Source: an uncultured delta proteobacterium
GTDB lineage: Bacteria; Desulfobacterota; Binatia; Bin18
Reading direction: 5' to 3'
NCBI GenBank assembly: GCA_963733195.1
Contig: CAVTCR010000081.1
Location: 1-64,000, forward strand
DNA: 64,000 nt
The notes beneath the pieces were generated by a model that was given only the letters and a program-made list of their open reading frames with translations, had not been told where the DNA came from and ran no database searches. A program made the position numbers and the translations under genes. Of this stretch, positions 1-11,433 are shown one piece after another (positions within the stretch are counted from its first letter, which is position 1; every line of letters starts with the position of its first letter).

Positions 1-195
1 CGCATGCGTGAGCTGTCAGACCGCTTCGCCGTATTCAGCGAATAACGCCTGTCCCCCATCAAGGTGGGCTGGGTCCTTCGCATCGCGAAAGTCAGCGATG
101 AGATTGGTAATGTAAGTGTCAAGATAGACTGCTGGATAGTCGGCCAGGAAATAACGTCCAGCATGGGCTTCTGGAAAGCTTGCGGCTTTAATCAT
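1..195 (-). CDS. hypothetical protein, 5' part (runs off the window start)
   Basis: ATG at 195 preceded by a purine-rich stretch; open frame MIKAASFPEAHAGRYFLADYPAVYLDTY... to the window edge; no family recognised. Confidence 0.35.
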
Positions 196-220
196 GGCGT
201 TGCCCCTTGTCCCTGTATCC

Positions 221-638
221 TCATCGCTTAGGTCGAAACAACGGAATCGAAACTACGGGGTGGTGTCTTCGAAGGTCACTTCAACCGGCATGCCGATCTT
301 TACTTCTTCGGGTTTGCACTCGACGATATTGGTCAGCATGCGCACGCCTTCGTCAAGTTCAACATACGCCATGATATACGGCAAATTTTCGCGAAACCCT
401 GCACTCTGATTCTGTTGCGTGACAGTGAAAGTATAGACTTTGCCTTTGCCGCTGCATTTTACCCAGTCAAGATCTTGCGACAGATCGTCTGGGCAGAAGG
501 CGCGGGCGTAGTAAAAGATTTTGCCGCAGCTCCGACATTTCTGCACGTATAGCTCGTGCCGGCGTAGGCCTCCCAGAACGGTTTGTTCTCCTCGTCAATC
601 CGAGGAATCGGTTTTTTGTATTTTTTCTCTTCGGCCAT
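221..638 (-). CDS. Zn-ribbon/OB-fold protein (DUF35/ChsH2-like), frameshifted
   Basis: MAEEKKYKKPIPRIDEENKPFWE...QKCRSCG...RAFCP...GKVYTFT...ELDEGVRMLTNI; indels near 570 and 255; adjacent to a thiolase-like gene as is typical. Confidence 0.9.
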
Positions 639-654
639 GATTCAAATCTCCTAA

Positions 655-730
655 GACGTGATTCGTGTTACGTGATACGTGAGAAGAGAGGCAGGACTGT
701 GCAATACGTAACACGCAATACGCAACACGG
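655..730. repeat. intergenic heptamer tandem repeats (CGTGATA/ACGCAAT type) forming an imperfect inverted pair
   Basis: acgtgattcgtgttacgtgatacgtga ... caatacgtaacacgcaatacgcaacacg; similar tracts at 1890-1935 and 17310-17360. Confidence 0.6.
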
Positions 731-731
731 T

Positions 732-1876
732 TCACACTCCGAGAACTAGCGACGCGCCACTATGCCGCAGGCCCAGGGTTCCACCAGTGCCGTGCACCAT
801 AGCGATCTTGCAGTCCTTCACTTGCCGTTCGCCACATTCCCCACGTAATTGTTTGGTTGCTTCGATCACGAGAAAAATGCCACGCATGCCAGGATGATTG
901 GAGGACAGCCCGCCGCCATCGGTGTTAATCGGCAGCGCCCCGCCAAGACCAACGCGACCATTTTGCACGAACGAGCCACCTTCACCTTTTTTGCAGAAGC
1001 CCAGACTTTCCAGTGTCACACAGACAGTGATGGTAAATGAGTCATAGATCATCGCCATGTTGATGTCTTTGTGAGCGACACCGGCTCGTGCTAATGCTTT
1101 TGGACCGGATTGCTTGGCCGCAGCGTCAGTAAAGTCGCGCATCCCGGCACTGGTGTGATAACACGCTTCTGCGGCACCTAAGATGCTCACAGGTTTCTTT
1201 TTGAGATCTCGTGCCCGTTCTGCTGAGGTGACAACGACGGCACCGCCACCATCGGAAATCATACAGCAATCAAGCAGATGCAGTGGTGACGATACCATAC
1301 GAGAAGTCATGACATCGTCAACCGTAATCAAATCGCGAAACTTGGCCAAAGGATTCAAAGATGCATGCTTACGCATGGTCACGGCGATTTCTGCCAGTTG
1401 TTCACTGGTGGTGCCAAACTCATGCATTGCCGCTGAGCGACGAGCGCATAGTCACCGACTGTTGTGGGGCCGTAACAGTTTTCAAACTGTTCTGATGGAT
1501 CGCCGCCACTCGCACCACCGGTTCCGATGGCGAACCGGTCAGACGACCATTTGCTACCGTAGAGAATCAGCGCCACATTACAGTAGCCAGCGGCAATAGC
1601 AGCTGCGGCATGGGCAGTATGCGACACAAAAGAAGAGCCGCCGATAGAATTCGAGTCTAAAAAGTCAGGATTCAGATTGAGATGTTCGGCAAGGGAAACA
1701 ATCCCCATTCCACTCACGCCAGAAGTGAAGAGACCATCGACATCTTTGAGAGAAAGCCCGGCATCATCGACGCGCCCGCGCGCTCTCAGCCATAATCTGA
1801 TATTGGTCTTATGCGGAGCCCAACGCAACGGATGCTCATAGACTCCTGCAACAGCAGTTTTTTCTTTGATGCTCAT
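732..1876 (-). CDS. thiolase-family protein (SCP2/Ltp2-like, likely non-thiolytic), frameshifted near 1427
   Basis: ORFs 1379-1876 and 732-1427 join; motifs IGGSSF, DCCMISDGG, IYDSFT, NTDGGGLSSNHPGMRG, QLRGECG. Confidence 0.9.
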
Positions 1877-1946
1877 GATTTCTCCATTTTACGCCCGTAT
1901 CACGTATCACGTGTTGTGTATTGCGTGTTACGTGTGTCTCTTTTTC

Positions 1947-2750
1947 TCAGGCAGCGAGAAAATTAAGACGCAATCGCCTCACACGCCTCTTGCGGCTTCT
2001 CGATCGGTAACCTGCCCAGCTTGTGCAATCACTGAGAGTTTTGCTCCAGGAATACGATCGCGTAACAATTCGCTCTGTGCCACTGGAGTGCTCATGTCAT
2101 CTTGACCGGCTAACACCAGCGTCGGTTTGCGAATCTCGCCGAGTTTTGCCGTCACATCGACTTCCCGACAAGCAACAAGATCAAAATAGCGGACACGCGG
2201 ATCGGTCTTAATCTGCTCTCCCCAACCTTCTTGGACGATGTTCATTGGCGTGGCTGGTGAGCACGCATCCTTGGTAAACGGCTGACCCGCTCGGCCTTGC
2301 ATAACCTGCTTCCAAACATTGAGCCGCTCGTCGGTAATATTAAACTTCGCCGCAGTGCACGTCAGGATCAGGCCATCGACCATATCAGGATGGCGCAGCG
2401 CGAGGTCCATGGCAATTGCACCGCCCATCGAGTGACCCATCACGACCGCTGACGGCACGCCTAACTTCTTCCACAGCGCATACGCAAAGTCGCTGTAAGC
2501 AGTGACACTCTTGAGGCTTTCGGTGCCACTCGAACGCCCGTGGCCCGGATAATCGAATGATAGCGGACTATGCTTTGCTGACAGAATATCGAGCAGTTTG
2601 TGAGCGAAGTGGCCGTTACTTCCAGCGCCGTGGACATAGAAGATCAACTTTCCCTTTGCTCACATCTGGCACCACCGGTGGTATGGTGGTACGGCCGGTG
2701 TGAAAATAGTTCACTGCATAGCCGTCAACTTCCACATATTTTGTTGGCAT
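1947..2750 (-). CDS. alpha/beta fold hydrolase, frameshifted
   Basis: HGAG, DYPGHGRS, nucleophile motif GHSMGG, GQDD; start MPTKYVEVDGY at 2750. Confidence 0.88.
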
Positions 2751-2782
2751 GATTCCCTCGCAGGAAAAAAACTGCCCCTTGA

Positions 2783-3220
2783 CTAGTTGGCTGGTCTGTC
2801 TTTGTCAAGGGTTGAGGGGGAGGAACCCGAAGCCGATCGAGACAGGTTATCGCTCGCGACCAATAGGAAGAGGCGAACCCGATGCCGACTGTCTTCCACG
2901 GAGATGATTGCGCCTTCTTCGAGGTCCCTGGCTGATTCCGAGAGCACGCGCGCCAGGCGACGAATGACGTTCTCGCTTCGCGTGTTGAGGAGACGGAAGA
3001 CGATAGCGCTGACGAGCCGCGTTTCCGAGAGCGCGACAATTTCCGTAAAATCCAGATCCCAGGTGAGGATGACGCGCTGTTCGTCAGCAGCTTTAGTAAA
3101 AATCCTGCCATTCGGTAAACGATGAAGCTGCTGTTCTCGAAGGTGGATGGCGTCGTGCCCTTCGGTCCTGAGCCATTCAACGATACGCCACGACACACCC
3201 ATGTCCGCCACGAAACGCAT
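2783..3220 (-). CDS. DUF5615 PIN-like toxin
   Basis: MRFVADMGVS...GHDAIHL...VILTWDLDF; immediately downstream of DUF433. Confidence 0.88.
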   Translation of the reverse strand: MRFVADMGVSWRIVEWLRTEGHDAIHLREQQLHRLPNGRIFTKAADEQRVILTWDLDFTEIVALSETRLVSAIVFRLLNTRSENVIRRLARVLSESARDLEEGAIISVEDSRHRVRLFLLVASDNLSRSASGSSPSTLDKDRPAN

Positions 3221-3225
3221 AGGAT

Positions 3226-3441
3226 TTACTCAGGGTGCACTTCTTCATGGGCTAACCAAGCGCTATACGCGAGAACCTGTTGAATGTCCTCTCGTTCCAG
3301 GTCGGGATAATCGGCAAGCACTTCCTCGATGGTTGCTCCATACGCAATCTGGCCAACAATCACGGAGACCGGAATACGCATCCCGCGGAGGCACGCCCGC
3401 CCGCCCATAATCTGTGGCGAAAAAGTGATACGGTCAAACAT
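3226..3441 (-). CDS. DUF433 antitoxin
   Basis: RITFSPQIMGGRACLRGMRIPV...EEVLADYPDLEREDI. Confidence 0.92.
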   Translation of the reverse strand: MFDRITFSPQIMGGRACLRGMRIPVSVIVGQIAYGATIEEVLADYPDLEREDIQQVLAYSAWLAHEEVHPE

Positions 3442-3537
3442 CCTAGTATGCCCTTTCGTTTTTGAGAATTACACCTTTGTATTATTGGGTCATTCACTGA
3501 ATGATTCAATTCCTCAATGATCCGATGACTTAATCAC

Positions 3538-4138
3538 TCAATGGCTCAATTCTTCGATCAGCATCTTCGCTTCCTGCAAATCCTTCGTATCGAACCCTTC
3601 GGTGAACCAGTTGTAAATTTCGGATAACACGCGGTGAGCTTCGATCTGCTTGCCTTGTTGTTGCCACAATCGCGCAAGGCTCATCGTCGCGCGTAGTTCT
3701 AGGGACTTGGCTTGTTGCTTCCGCGCAATATTGATGGCTTTGAGGAAGCAGAATTCGGCCTCGGCTTGGGGGTCGAATGTCAGGGGTTGAGGATCGGTAA
3801 CTTGGAACTTTGAACCTTGAACTTTGAACTGCTGAAGCGTCAGTTCGCCTTTGAGTCGATACAGCTCCGCCTCGTAGTAACGCTCCCCAGTTCTGTCCAC
3901 CATAGCCAGTGCCTCGGTGAGTACGCTTAGCCCTTCCTCTCCTTGCCCCACTTTCCCATGCAACTCAGCCAGCAGAGCAAGCAACTTTGTCCATCCCAGC
4001 TCTGCCCCCATAGCCCGAAGGGCGGCCAGACTGTGGTGCATCTAGGCGATCCCTTCCGCTCCCTGTTCCCGCTCAGCCAGCGCCCAGCCCCGCAGGTTAG
4101 TCCCCAGCGCTAACTCAAACGCAAATCCCTGCTCACTA
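3538..4138 (-). pseudogene. C-terminal TPR region of an AAA-ATPase/adenylate-cyclase-type regulator, truncated by IS5
   Basis: ERYYEAELYRLKGEL...AKSLELRATMSLARLWQQQG...YNWFTEGFDTKDL; in-frame TAG at 4042-4044; 5' part absent beyond the IS end. Confidence 0.85.
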
Positions 4139-4991
4139 GAGGGTGTTATGCACTTTTGAGTGGCGACGGTTAAGCTGGAAGGATGGCAAGAAAGCCTATC
4201 CCAGTGATGTGAGCGACGAGGAGTGGGCGTTGTAGCGCCCTATGTGACCTTAATGACAGAAGAGGCCCCGCAGCGAGAGCATACCTTGCGGGAACTCTTC
4301 AATGCCGTGCGCTGGATCGTGCGGACGGGGCGGCGTGGCGGATGCTGCCCCATGACTTGCCGCCGTGGGCAGCAGTGTATCAGCAAACCCAGCGATGGCT
4401 GCAGGCGGGGGTGTTTGAAGCGATTGTAGAGGACTTGCGGGTGGTGTTGCGGGTGGCGCAAGGGGGTGGAGGGCAGCCCTCGGCGGTCGATTCTGGACAG
4501 TCGCACGCTACAATCGAGTCCCGAGAGGGGCCCGCGCAGGCTATGATGGCGCCAAACGCAAGCGGGCAGTAAGGTGCATATCGCGGTGGAACCTTGGGGC
4601 ATTGTTGGCACTGCGAGTAACGGCGGCCAATGAGCAAGACCGCGCGCAGGTGAAGGAGTTAGCTGCACAGGTCCAAGCGGTGACGGGAGAAAACGTGGAG
4701 CTCGCCTTTGTGGATCAGGGCTACACGGGGGAGCAGGCCGCGCAGGATGCGGCGGAGCACGGGATCAAGCTTGAAGTGGTGAAATTACCCGAAGCCAAGA
4801 AGGGCTTTGTGCTTGCTGCCCCGACGGTGGGTAGTGGAGCGTAGTTTTGCGTGGGCGGCCCGCTTTCGCCGGCTGGCTCGGGATTACGAACGTTTGCGGG
4901 AGACTTTAGCCGGGCTTGCATTTTCTGGCCTTCGCCATCCTGATGCTCAAACGGTTTGTGGTGCTCCTGGTGCAAAGTGCATAACACGCTC
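4139..4991 (+). mobile_element. IS5-family insertion sequence (IS1031/IS427-like, ~850 bp) with frameshifted transposase
   Basis: terminal IRs GAGGGTGTTATGCACTTT / revcomp GAGCGTGTTATGCACTTT, both overlapping CTAG (TA-type target); motifs [42 protein letters not shown]. Confidence 0.95.
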
Positions 4992-5115
4992 TAGATTTTT
5001 TTTGGAAAATTGTAAATATCTTCGCCGTACGCTTCTTGAAAATGGAGGTATGCCTCACTGTCCCCCACTCGCGCAGGTCTGCAAAAAGCACGAATATCGG
5101 CGGGCTCATGGGACA

Positions 5116-6354
5116 TTAAAAGGGCGCCTCTTCTCCAGCGAATTCATCACTATCAAGCACGATCACTTTCACCTCCATTCCTTTCAGAAGCGTGGGAAGT
5201 TCGGACGGGCCGATAATGAGCCCTTCGCCAAGAGAGAGTGAACTGAGTACACCTGAACTCTGACTGCCAGTAGAATGCGCTATGTAATGGCCATGTTCGT
5301 GGGTGATGCGACAGCGGACAAACTCGGTCAGCCCCTTAGCCTTTGAGATATCCTCACCAAGCGTTGCTGACAGGACCGGGAGAAAGAGTTTCTCGTGACC
5401 CGTCATGCGCCGCAAGGCTGGGCGGACGTATAAGTAAAAGCAGACTAGAGCAGAGACTGGATTTCCGGGAAGCCCAAAGTACGGGCGCTCACGGAGCAAT
5501 CCGAACGTGAGAGGTTTTCCCGGTCGTTGCGCCACTTGCCAGAACAAACGATGCATCCCGAGTTCATCCATCGCTTGTTTGACGAAGTCAAAATCACCAA
5601 CTGAAACGCCACCGGTTGAGAGGACAACATCGTGCCGGACAGCTTCAGCTAACGCCGCGCGAATCTCTTCAAGCGTGTCACGAGCAATAGCGAGTGGAAC
5701 AGGAACGCCACCTGCCTCGCGCACCGCAGCGGCAAGTGTGTAGGCGTTGGAGTTCACAATTTGTCCAGGCCGTAATGCGTCATCGATTTCTGCCAGCTCG
5801 TTACCAGTGCTCAGGATTGCAACGCGCGGACGCTGATAGACGAGTACGAGGCTGCGCCCGACAGAGGCCAATAGGCCGATATCAGCAGGGCGTAAGACGC
5901 GACCTTTCTCTAAAACAAGCTGCCCGCGCTGAATATCCTCACCGCTTCCACGTACGTTGTTTCCCGGACGCTCACTACGTTTAATCCATACGCGACCGTC
6001 ATGTTCTTCGGTATCTTCAACTTTCACCACGGTATCGGCACCCGACGGCATCACCGCGCCGGTCATGATCTTACTTGCAGTGCCAGGAATTACCGGCTGT
6101 TTCGGAACCGTCCCAGCCTGAATGACTTCCAGCACCTCGAGGGTGACGGGCTGATCTGCATTCGTATCGCGAACGTCATCCCAACGGACGGCGTAACCAT
6201 CCATGGCCGAGTTCGCAAACGGTGGGACTTCGCGCTCCGAGCGGATTTCCTCGGCCAACACCCGACCGACAGCATTCAAAAGTCCGAGCCGTTCGCCCGC
6301 CAAGGGCGAGACCGTATCCAAAATCGTAACTAAAGCGTCGTGTACAGAGATCAT
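5116..6354 (-). CDS. moeA: molybdopterin molybdotransferase
   Basis: [48 protein letters not shown]; likely start MISVHDAL at 6354. Confidence 0.96.
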   Translation of the reverse strand: MISVHDALVTILDTVSPLAGERLGLLNAVGRVLAEEIRSEREVPPFANSAMDGYAVRWDDVRDTNADQPVTLEVLEVIQAGTVPKQPVIPGTASKIMTGAVMPSGADTVVKVEDTEEHDGRVWIKRSERPGNNVRGSGEDIQRGQLVLEKGRVLRPADIGLLASVGRSLVLVYQRPRVAILSTGNELAEIDDALRPGQIVNSNAYTLAAAVREAGGVPVPLAIARDTLEEIRAALAEAVRHDVVLSTGGVSVGDFDFVKQAMDELGMHRLFWQVAQRPGKPLTFGLLRERPYFGLPGNPVSALVCFYLYVRPALRRMTGHEKLFLPVLSATLGEDISKAKGLTEFVRCRITHEHGHYIAHSTGSQSSGVLSSLSLGEGLIIGPSELPTLLKGMEVKVIVLDSDEFAGEEAPF

Positions 6355-6492
6355 GGAGATAGAGTAGGCAAACTTCACGGGGATCGTCAACTTCCTGTAG
6401 AAAAAATGGGGAAAAAGCGAATAATATTTACTTTCCATTCGCAACCGCAACACTGCCTCCTTCATCGAACTTACGGGATTAGATTTACACGA

Positions 6493-6510
6493 GGTGGCAA
6501 ATCTGCCACC
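6493..6510. promoter_or_regulatory. palindromic operator upstream of the PIN/RHH module
   Basis: GGTGGCA-AATC-TGCCACC just downstream of -35-like TTTACA (6484-6489) and 9 nt before the GTG start. Confidence 0.55.
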
Positions 6511-6519
6511 ATAAAAAAG

Positions 6520-6946
6520 GTGCGTGTTGTGCTTGATACGAACACTTTGTATGCCGGAATCCGCTCCTCTCGTGGCGCATCCCGGGTGATTGTAGAACTT
6601 ATCACTGAGGGTCGGCTAGTAGCCGTCCTCACCCCAGCGTTGTTTTTGGAATATGAAGAACGGCTACGAGGAGATGTCGCTTTACATGCTTTGGGCCTCA
6701 CGGATGCCGAGTTGAGCGCTTTTTTGGATGAAATGGCAGCTAAAAGTCATCGCGTGCGAGTGGATATTCGCTGGCGACCCGTGTCCCCAGACCCTGATGA
6801 TGACATGGTCATCGAGTGTGCCGTCAATGGACGGCCGATGTGCTCATTACCTTTAACATTCGAGATCTGCGAGTGGCACAGAGCGCTTTGGGATCCTTGT
6901 TCTGACTCCACGTGAATTTCTCCGCCGTTATGGGAGCCGATTATGA
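6520..6946 (+). CDS. PIN-domain toxin (TIGR00305-like), frameshifted near 6835
   Basis: VRVVLDTNTL...LFLEYEE...PDPDDDMVIECAVNG(ADVLITFNIRDL); end approximate. Confidence 0.88.
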
Positions 6947-7263
6947 AGAAGACCACCGTCCGACTAGAGGAACAGATCCACGTCCTTTTGGAGCAGATCG
7001 CTGCCAAACGCGGACTTTCTCTCAATCACTTGATTAACTATGCGCTAGTCCGGTTTGTGTCGTTTGAAGAGGCGACGCAGTTACTGGAAGAGCGAGCCCG
7101 GCAGGCACGGCCAGGAGCGATGCGGCGGGTGTTGCAAAAAACGGCAAAGTGGAAAGGTTCCCCCATGTCTCCGGAGGATGAACGACCAGCAGGATTCGAC
7201 CGGCAAGTATTGGAGCGACGCCTGAAAAGGGAGGCCGCATTACAACGAAGGATTGGTACCTAA
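6943..7263 (+). CDS. ribbon-helix-helix antitoxin
   Basis: MKKTTVRLEEQIHVLLEQIAAKRGLSLNHLI; adjoins the toxin end. Confidence 0.8.
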   Translation: MKKTTVRLEEQIHVLLEQIAAKRGLSLNHLINYALVRFVSFEEATQLLEERARQARPGAMRRVLQKTAKWKGSPMSPEDERPAGFDRQVLERRLKREAALQRRIGT

Positions 7264-7267
7264 GAAT

Positions 7268-7328
7268 TGCCACCCTGAGTGAAACGAAGAGTCTTTCAAA
7301 GAGATTCTTCGCTCCGCTCAGAATGACA
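7268..7328. repeat. REP-like palindromic element (GTCATTCTGAGCG..AGCGAAGAATCTC type)
   Basis: tgccaccctgagtgaaacgaagagtct...agattcttcgctccgctcagaatgaca between convergent genes. Confidence 0.7.
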
Positions 7329-7387
7329 AGAATGAGTGGTCGCGTTGCAAAGTGTACGAAGGTCGTGTGGTTCGATTGAGATGAGAA

Positions 7388-9117
7388 TTAGCAACTCCGA
7401 ACAATGCGCCCCGGTCGTGCGCCTGTGTCTTTGCCGTTTTCCTGCACGACTTCGCCACTGACAAAGGTCTTCTCATAGCCGGTGGCGGTTTGCATGAGAC
7501 GCGGCATGCCAGCCGGCAGATCGTAGATCATCTCAGGATGGCTCACACTCAGATTCTCATAATCAATGAGGTTGATATCCGCCTTCGCTCCTGGCTCCAG
7601 CGTGCCGCGGTCAGTCATACCAAATAGCCGCGCGCTGTCGTGCGTCAGCTTCTTGACCACAAACTCTAAGGGCAGACGTTTGGGATCATCAGCTGCTTTG
7701 TCGCGTGTCCAGTGAGTCAACGCATAAGTCGGCACGCCAGCATCAACGATCTGCCGCACATGGGCGCCGGCGTCACTGCCGCCCATGACGGTAATCGGGT
7801 TACAGATCAATTCGTGCAAAGAATTCGCATTGCCATCTGCATACCCAGCAGCAGCATACATGAGAAAGGCACGCCCGTTCTGTTCAAGCATGAGGTCGTA
7901 GACGATTTCCCGAGGATTACGTCCCTCTCGCTTGGCGATCGCGGCAATGCTGTTCTTGCCGTCGGGCTCGTAACTGAGCGGGTGAACCCATGGGATAGGT
8001 GCGCTCCCACACCAAGGGATTCTGATACAGCAGGGACATTCCCGTGGTATTGGGGTCTTTTTCCGTCACTAGCTTCTGCCGCAACTCCGGGTTCCGCAGG
8101 GCGGCGACCTTTTCACTGTGAGAGAGCTTTTTCAGTGGCTGAAAGCTCGGCAGGTATTCAAACGGATTATCTCCCTGAAAACTGAAGAGGACACACACCG
8201 GGCGGGAGAACACCATCGGGACAATCGGGACACCACTGTGGACAGCGGCAGTGCATTTCGCCATGACCTCGCGCCATTGGTCAGGGTAGCTGTTGTTCTG
8301 GGCTAACAGAAAGATCAGCGGACAACCCGTCGAGCGGGCAATCCGGATCATCAGGTCGACTTCTTCCGGCAGATCTGGGGATTCGCCAGCGATGCCGCGG
8401 GGCACCATTTCCAGGATGCCGCGCCCGGTGGAGCGCACGGCTTGGGCGATCCCAATCAATTCTTCTTCTGTCGCAAAGGTGCCAGGCACCGGTTCCCCGT
8501 CATTCGCCGATGTGACACGAGGGTGCGTGAGGACGAGAATCCCAGGGCACCAGCCAGAACCGCCTCTTTTACAAGAGCGGCCATCTGGGCAATGTCTTGC
8601 TGCGGTCGCCGGTTCGTTCTTGGCGCCGCGCTCGCCCATCACAAAGGCCCGCACAGCGCCATGGGTGATCAGCCCGCCGACGTCCAAGGTGCGCGGCATT
8701 TTTTCCAGTACGTCAAGATATTCAGCGAAGCTCTGCCAACCCCACGGCAGCCCTGCCGCTAGTGCGGGACCGGGAATATCTTCCACGCCTTCCATCAGGC
8801 CGATGAGCCAGTCGTGACGATCAGGTGTTGCCGGGGCAAAGCCGACCCCGCAGTTGCCCATCACTACGGTCGAGACCCCGTGCCAGAGAGATGGGGTCAT
8901 CTGCTGGTCCCACGCGACCTGACCATCATAGTGAGTATGCACATCCACCCAGGCAGGGGTGACGAGGAGACCATCCGCTTTGACCGTCCTTTTGGCGCTG
9001 CCGAGGTCCTTCCCAACGGCCGCGATCACGCCCCTTGGCAATCGCTACATCTCCGGTGAACGCGGGTTTCCCCGTCCCGTCTACAATCTTTCCACCACGA
9101 ATCAATACGTCATGCAT
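7388..9117 (-). CDS. N-acyl-D-amino-acid deacylase-family amidohydrolase, frameshifted
   Basis: MHDVLIRGGKIVDGTG, DVHTHYD, MGNCGVGFAP, SDAGAHV, RGTLEPGAKADINLID. Confidence 0.92.
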
Positions 9118-9153
9118 GAGCTTTCCTCCTTCTTTAGTTATGTGTATGGCAAC

Positions 9154-9480
9154 CTAATTGTGCTGCGTTACAATCCGTTTTACATCGTAGCCGTCAACTA
9201 CACTGGGCTGACCAAACTGCTCCACGGCGGGCGCGACCTCAGCCAGTGACAGCGTGAGATAGAAGAGCCGTGTGGCGTCCTGTGGAAGTGCATCCATAGA
9301 AAACTGCTCTAAGTATGGCAACACCTCTTCCATCCGGGCCAGCATAGCATTGTAAAATGTTTTAATGTCCTCCATCGTGCTGGCCTGTCGCCTGGCGCTC
9401 CGTTCCTGCTCGGTCGCTAGCGACCACTCTTTCCATTGCTCAAGATCTTGAAACTGTGCGGGTAAAAGTGACTCAGGCAC
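9154..9480 (-). CDS. small hypothetical protein translationally coupled to the Rieske oxygenase
   Basis: GTG start with GGAGG RBS overlapping the Rieske stop; LPAQFQDLE..W.LATE.ER...FYNAM...LAEVAPAVE.FGQP. Confidence 0.8.
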   Translation of the reverse strand: MPESLLPAQFQDLEQWKEWSLATEQERSARRQASTMEDIKTFYNAMLARMEEVLPYLEQFSMDALPQDATRLFYLTLSLAEVAPAVEQFGQPSVVDGYDVKRIVTQHN

Positions 9481-10741
9481 GAGCAGCCTCCTCCTTTCCA
9501 TTGGCGTGCGATACCGCAGCAACCGGCTGGCCGTTGAGCATCTGCTCAATGACGTGGTGGCTGTGTCGGACCAAGATTTCTTCATCATGCAGATAGAATT
9601 CTTTTTTCGCGCCGGAAGAGAGGACCGACTGGGTCTCTTCAAAGGTCCGACCATCTTCCAAAATAACATCGCGGAAGATCACATTGCCGTATTCCTGACT
9701 AAACCGCTGAGCAGGAGTCGTGGCTTTGGGGAAATACTGCGTGGATGTCCAAATAGTTCGGTCCACCGCGAGCGGCATGAATTGGTGGGTAAAATACGAC
9801 CCTTCAGACACATCGACAAAGAAGGCCGGAAAGATCACATTCAGATCCAGTGTCCATTCTTTGCTGCGCGTCGGGTTCACCGCCGGCGGCAGCCGGCTTT
9901 CAGAAAAGTCTTTGCGAATGACAAAGGCGCCGTGCCGGAAGGCCAATTCCGCCACCGGAGTGGGTTTGAGATCTGCGTTCCCATACAGCGACATGCTGCC
10001 ATGGCGTGGATACAAATGCACATCGAGACAGTGGGCGTAGGGATTGGCCTTACTCGTAAAGGAATCAGGAATGGACCGTTTGTGTAAAAAGGCGACATGG
10101 TAGACTTCCTGGAATGCATCTTTGATCACTTTCCAGTTGGCCTTCACCTCAGTGGTCCATGACGTACTGGTGGCCGACAATTCGCCAAACGGATAATCAA
10201 TCAGTCCAGCGCCCAACTCGCCCAAGTAGTCTTGCAGGGTTTCTTGAGGGGTGGGATCAACATTAATAAAGATAAACCCTGCCCACACATCCACCGCCAC
10301 CGGCGTCATGCCGAGGGTCTCTTTCTTCAGACCAAAGAACCGCTCTTCGTCCGGCACGAACGTAAGCTTGCCGTCCAACGCATAGGACCACCCGTGGAAT
10401 TTGCAGGTAAACATCCGACATGTGCCCTTGTTATCCCAGGCGATCTTATTGCCGCGATGAGAGCACATGTTGTGAAAAGCCTTCACTTTGCCGTCTTTGC
10501 CGCGTACCACGATGACCGAGGTATTGCAGACGGCGAGGTCTTTCACAAAGTAGTCACCGGGATGAGGAATCTGTTCCACCCGGCCCACATTCAGCCACAC
10601 CTTCTTAAAAATCCGCTCCCGCTCCTGCTCGAATTGTTCCGCGGAAGTGAAGACATCAGCAGGAAGCGGGGCTGTTCCGAGATGTGGATATTTATCGTGC
10701 CATTTGGTGCCGTTCCCATTTGTTGTGGAGCCATTTTTCAT
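9473..10741 (-). CDS. Rieske non-heme iron oxygenase alpha subunit
   Basis: Rieske motif CSH...CKFHGW; Fe site NWK...EVYHVAFLH, ED. Confidence 0.95.
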   Translation of the reverse strand: MKNGSTTNGNGTKWHDKYPHLGTAPLPADVFTSAEQFEQERERIFKKVWLNVGRVEQIPHPGDYFVKDLAVCNTSVIVVRGKDGKVKAFHNMCSHRGNKIAWDNKGTCRMFTCKFHGWSYALDGKLTFVPDEERFFGLKKETLGMTPVAVDVWAGFIFINVDPTPQETLQDYLGELGAGLIDYPFGELSATSTSWTTEVKANWKVIKDAFQEVYHVAFLHKRSIPDSFTSKANPYAHCLDVHLYPRHGSMSLYGNADLKPTPVAELAFRHGAFVIRKDFSESRLPPAVNPTRSKEWTLDLNVIFPAFFVDVSEGSYFTHQFMPLAVDRTIWTSTQYFPKATTPAQRFSQEYGNVIFRDVILEDGRTFEETQSVLSSGAKKEFYLHDEEILVRHSHHVIEQMLNGQPVAAVSHANGKEEAARA

Positions 10742-11433
10742 CGCGCTACCTCCTTACCTTGATCGTTATGTCCGCTTGTCCAATGTTGTGTGAGCCGATC
10801 CAATTGCTGCTCAATTTCCCGCAGACGGCTGAGCAACCGCGGACGCCCTTTTTCTGTGGCCACAGCGAGCAGGCACAGACTCAGCCCATAGAGCAATTGC
10901 GTTTCAAAGCCCTCAATGTCGACCCCACCCTCGATCCACAACTCCATAGCTCCGCGGTAATTCACCTGAATCTGACGCGCAACGAGATCGGCGCGGGTGT
11001 GTGGCTGAAAGAGTCCTTGTGCGATCCCGGCATCGAGCCCGCGCTGCCACAAGGTGGTATGCCGTTGGACAATACGTGGCACGGGGAGTGATTCCCCGGT
11101 CGTCACCATCGAAGCGAGTAAGCTACGATAAAAAACTGGATCTCGTGCGTACTCCTTGACGGAGAACTGCGTGAGGGCGTACATGGTGTTGATTGGGTCC
11201 TGGGTATCAAGCTCGTCGAGAGCGGACTTAATCTTATCAAAGAGGGATTCGAGCAGAGCATAGAGAACATCTGCCTTGGAACCGAATAAGTTATATGGCG
11301 TTACCAGGCTGACACGGGCCTCTTTTGCTAGCTCCCGCATCGACAGGTGCGTAAACCCTTTTTTACGGATCAACCGCCGAGCCGCGTCCAGAATTTGCTG
11401 CTTGCGCTCTGTTTTTTGTATTTCTCGAAGCAT
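10738..11433 (-). CDS. TetR/AcrR family transcriptional regulator
   Basis: ILDAARRLIRKKGF..LSMRELAKEARVSLVTPYNLFGSK; 4-nt overlap with the Rieske gene. Confidence 0.93.
   Translation of the reverse strand: MLREIQKTERKQQILDAARRLIRKKGFTHLSMRELAKEARVSLVTPYNLFGSKADVLYALLESLFDKIKSALDELDTQDPINTMYALTQFSVKEYARDPVFYRSLLASMVTTGESLPVPRIVQRHTTLWQRGLDAGIAQGLFQPHTRADLVARQIQVNYRGAMELWIEGGVDIEGFETQLLYGLSLCLLAVATEKGRPRLLSRLREIEQQLDRLTQHWTSGHNDQGKEVAR

Noticed and set aside
4183-4984. Programmed frameshifting in the IS5 transposase (and in other split genes)
   Set aside because: Several independent breaks at non-slippery sites, matching the window-wide indel noise
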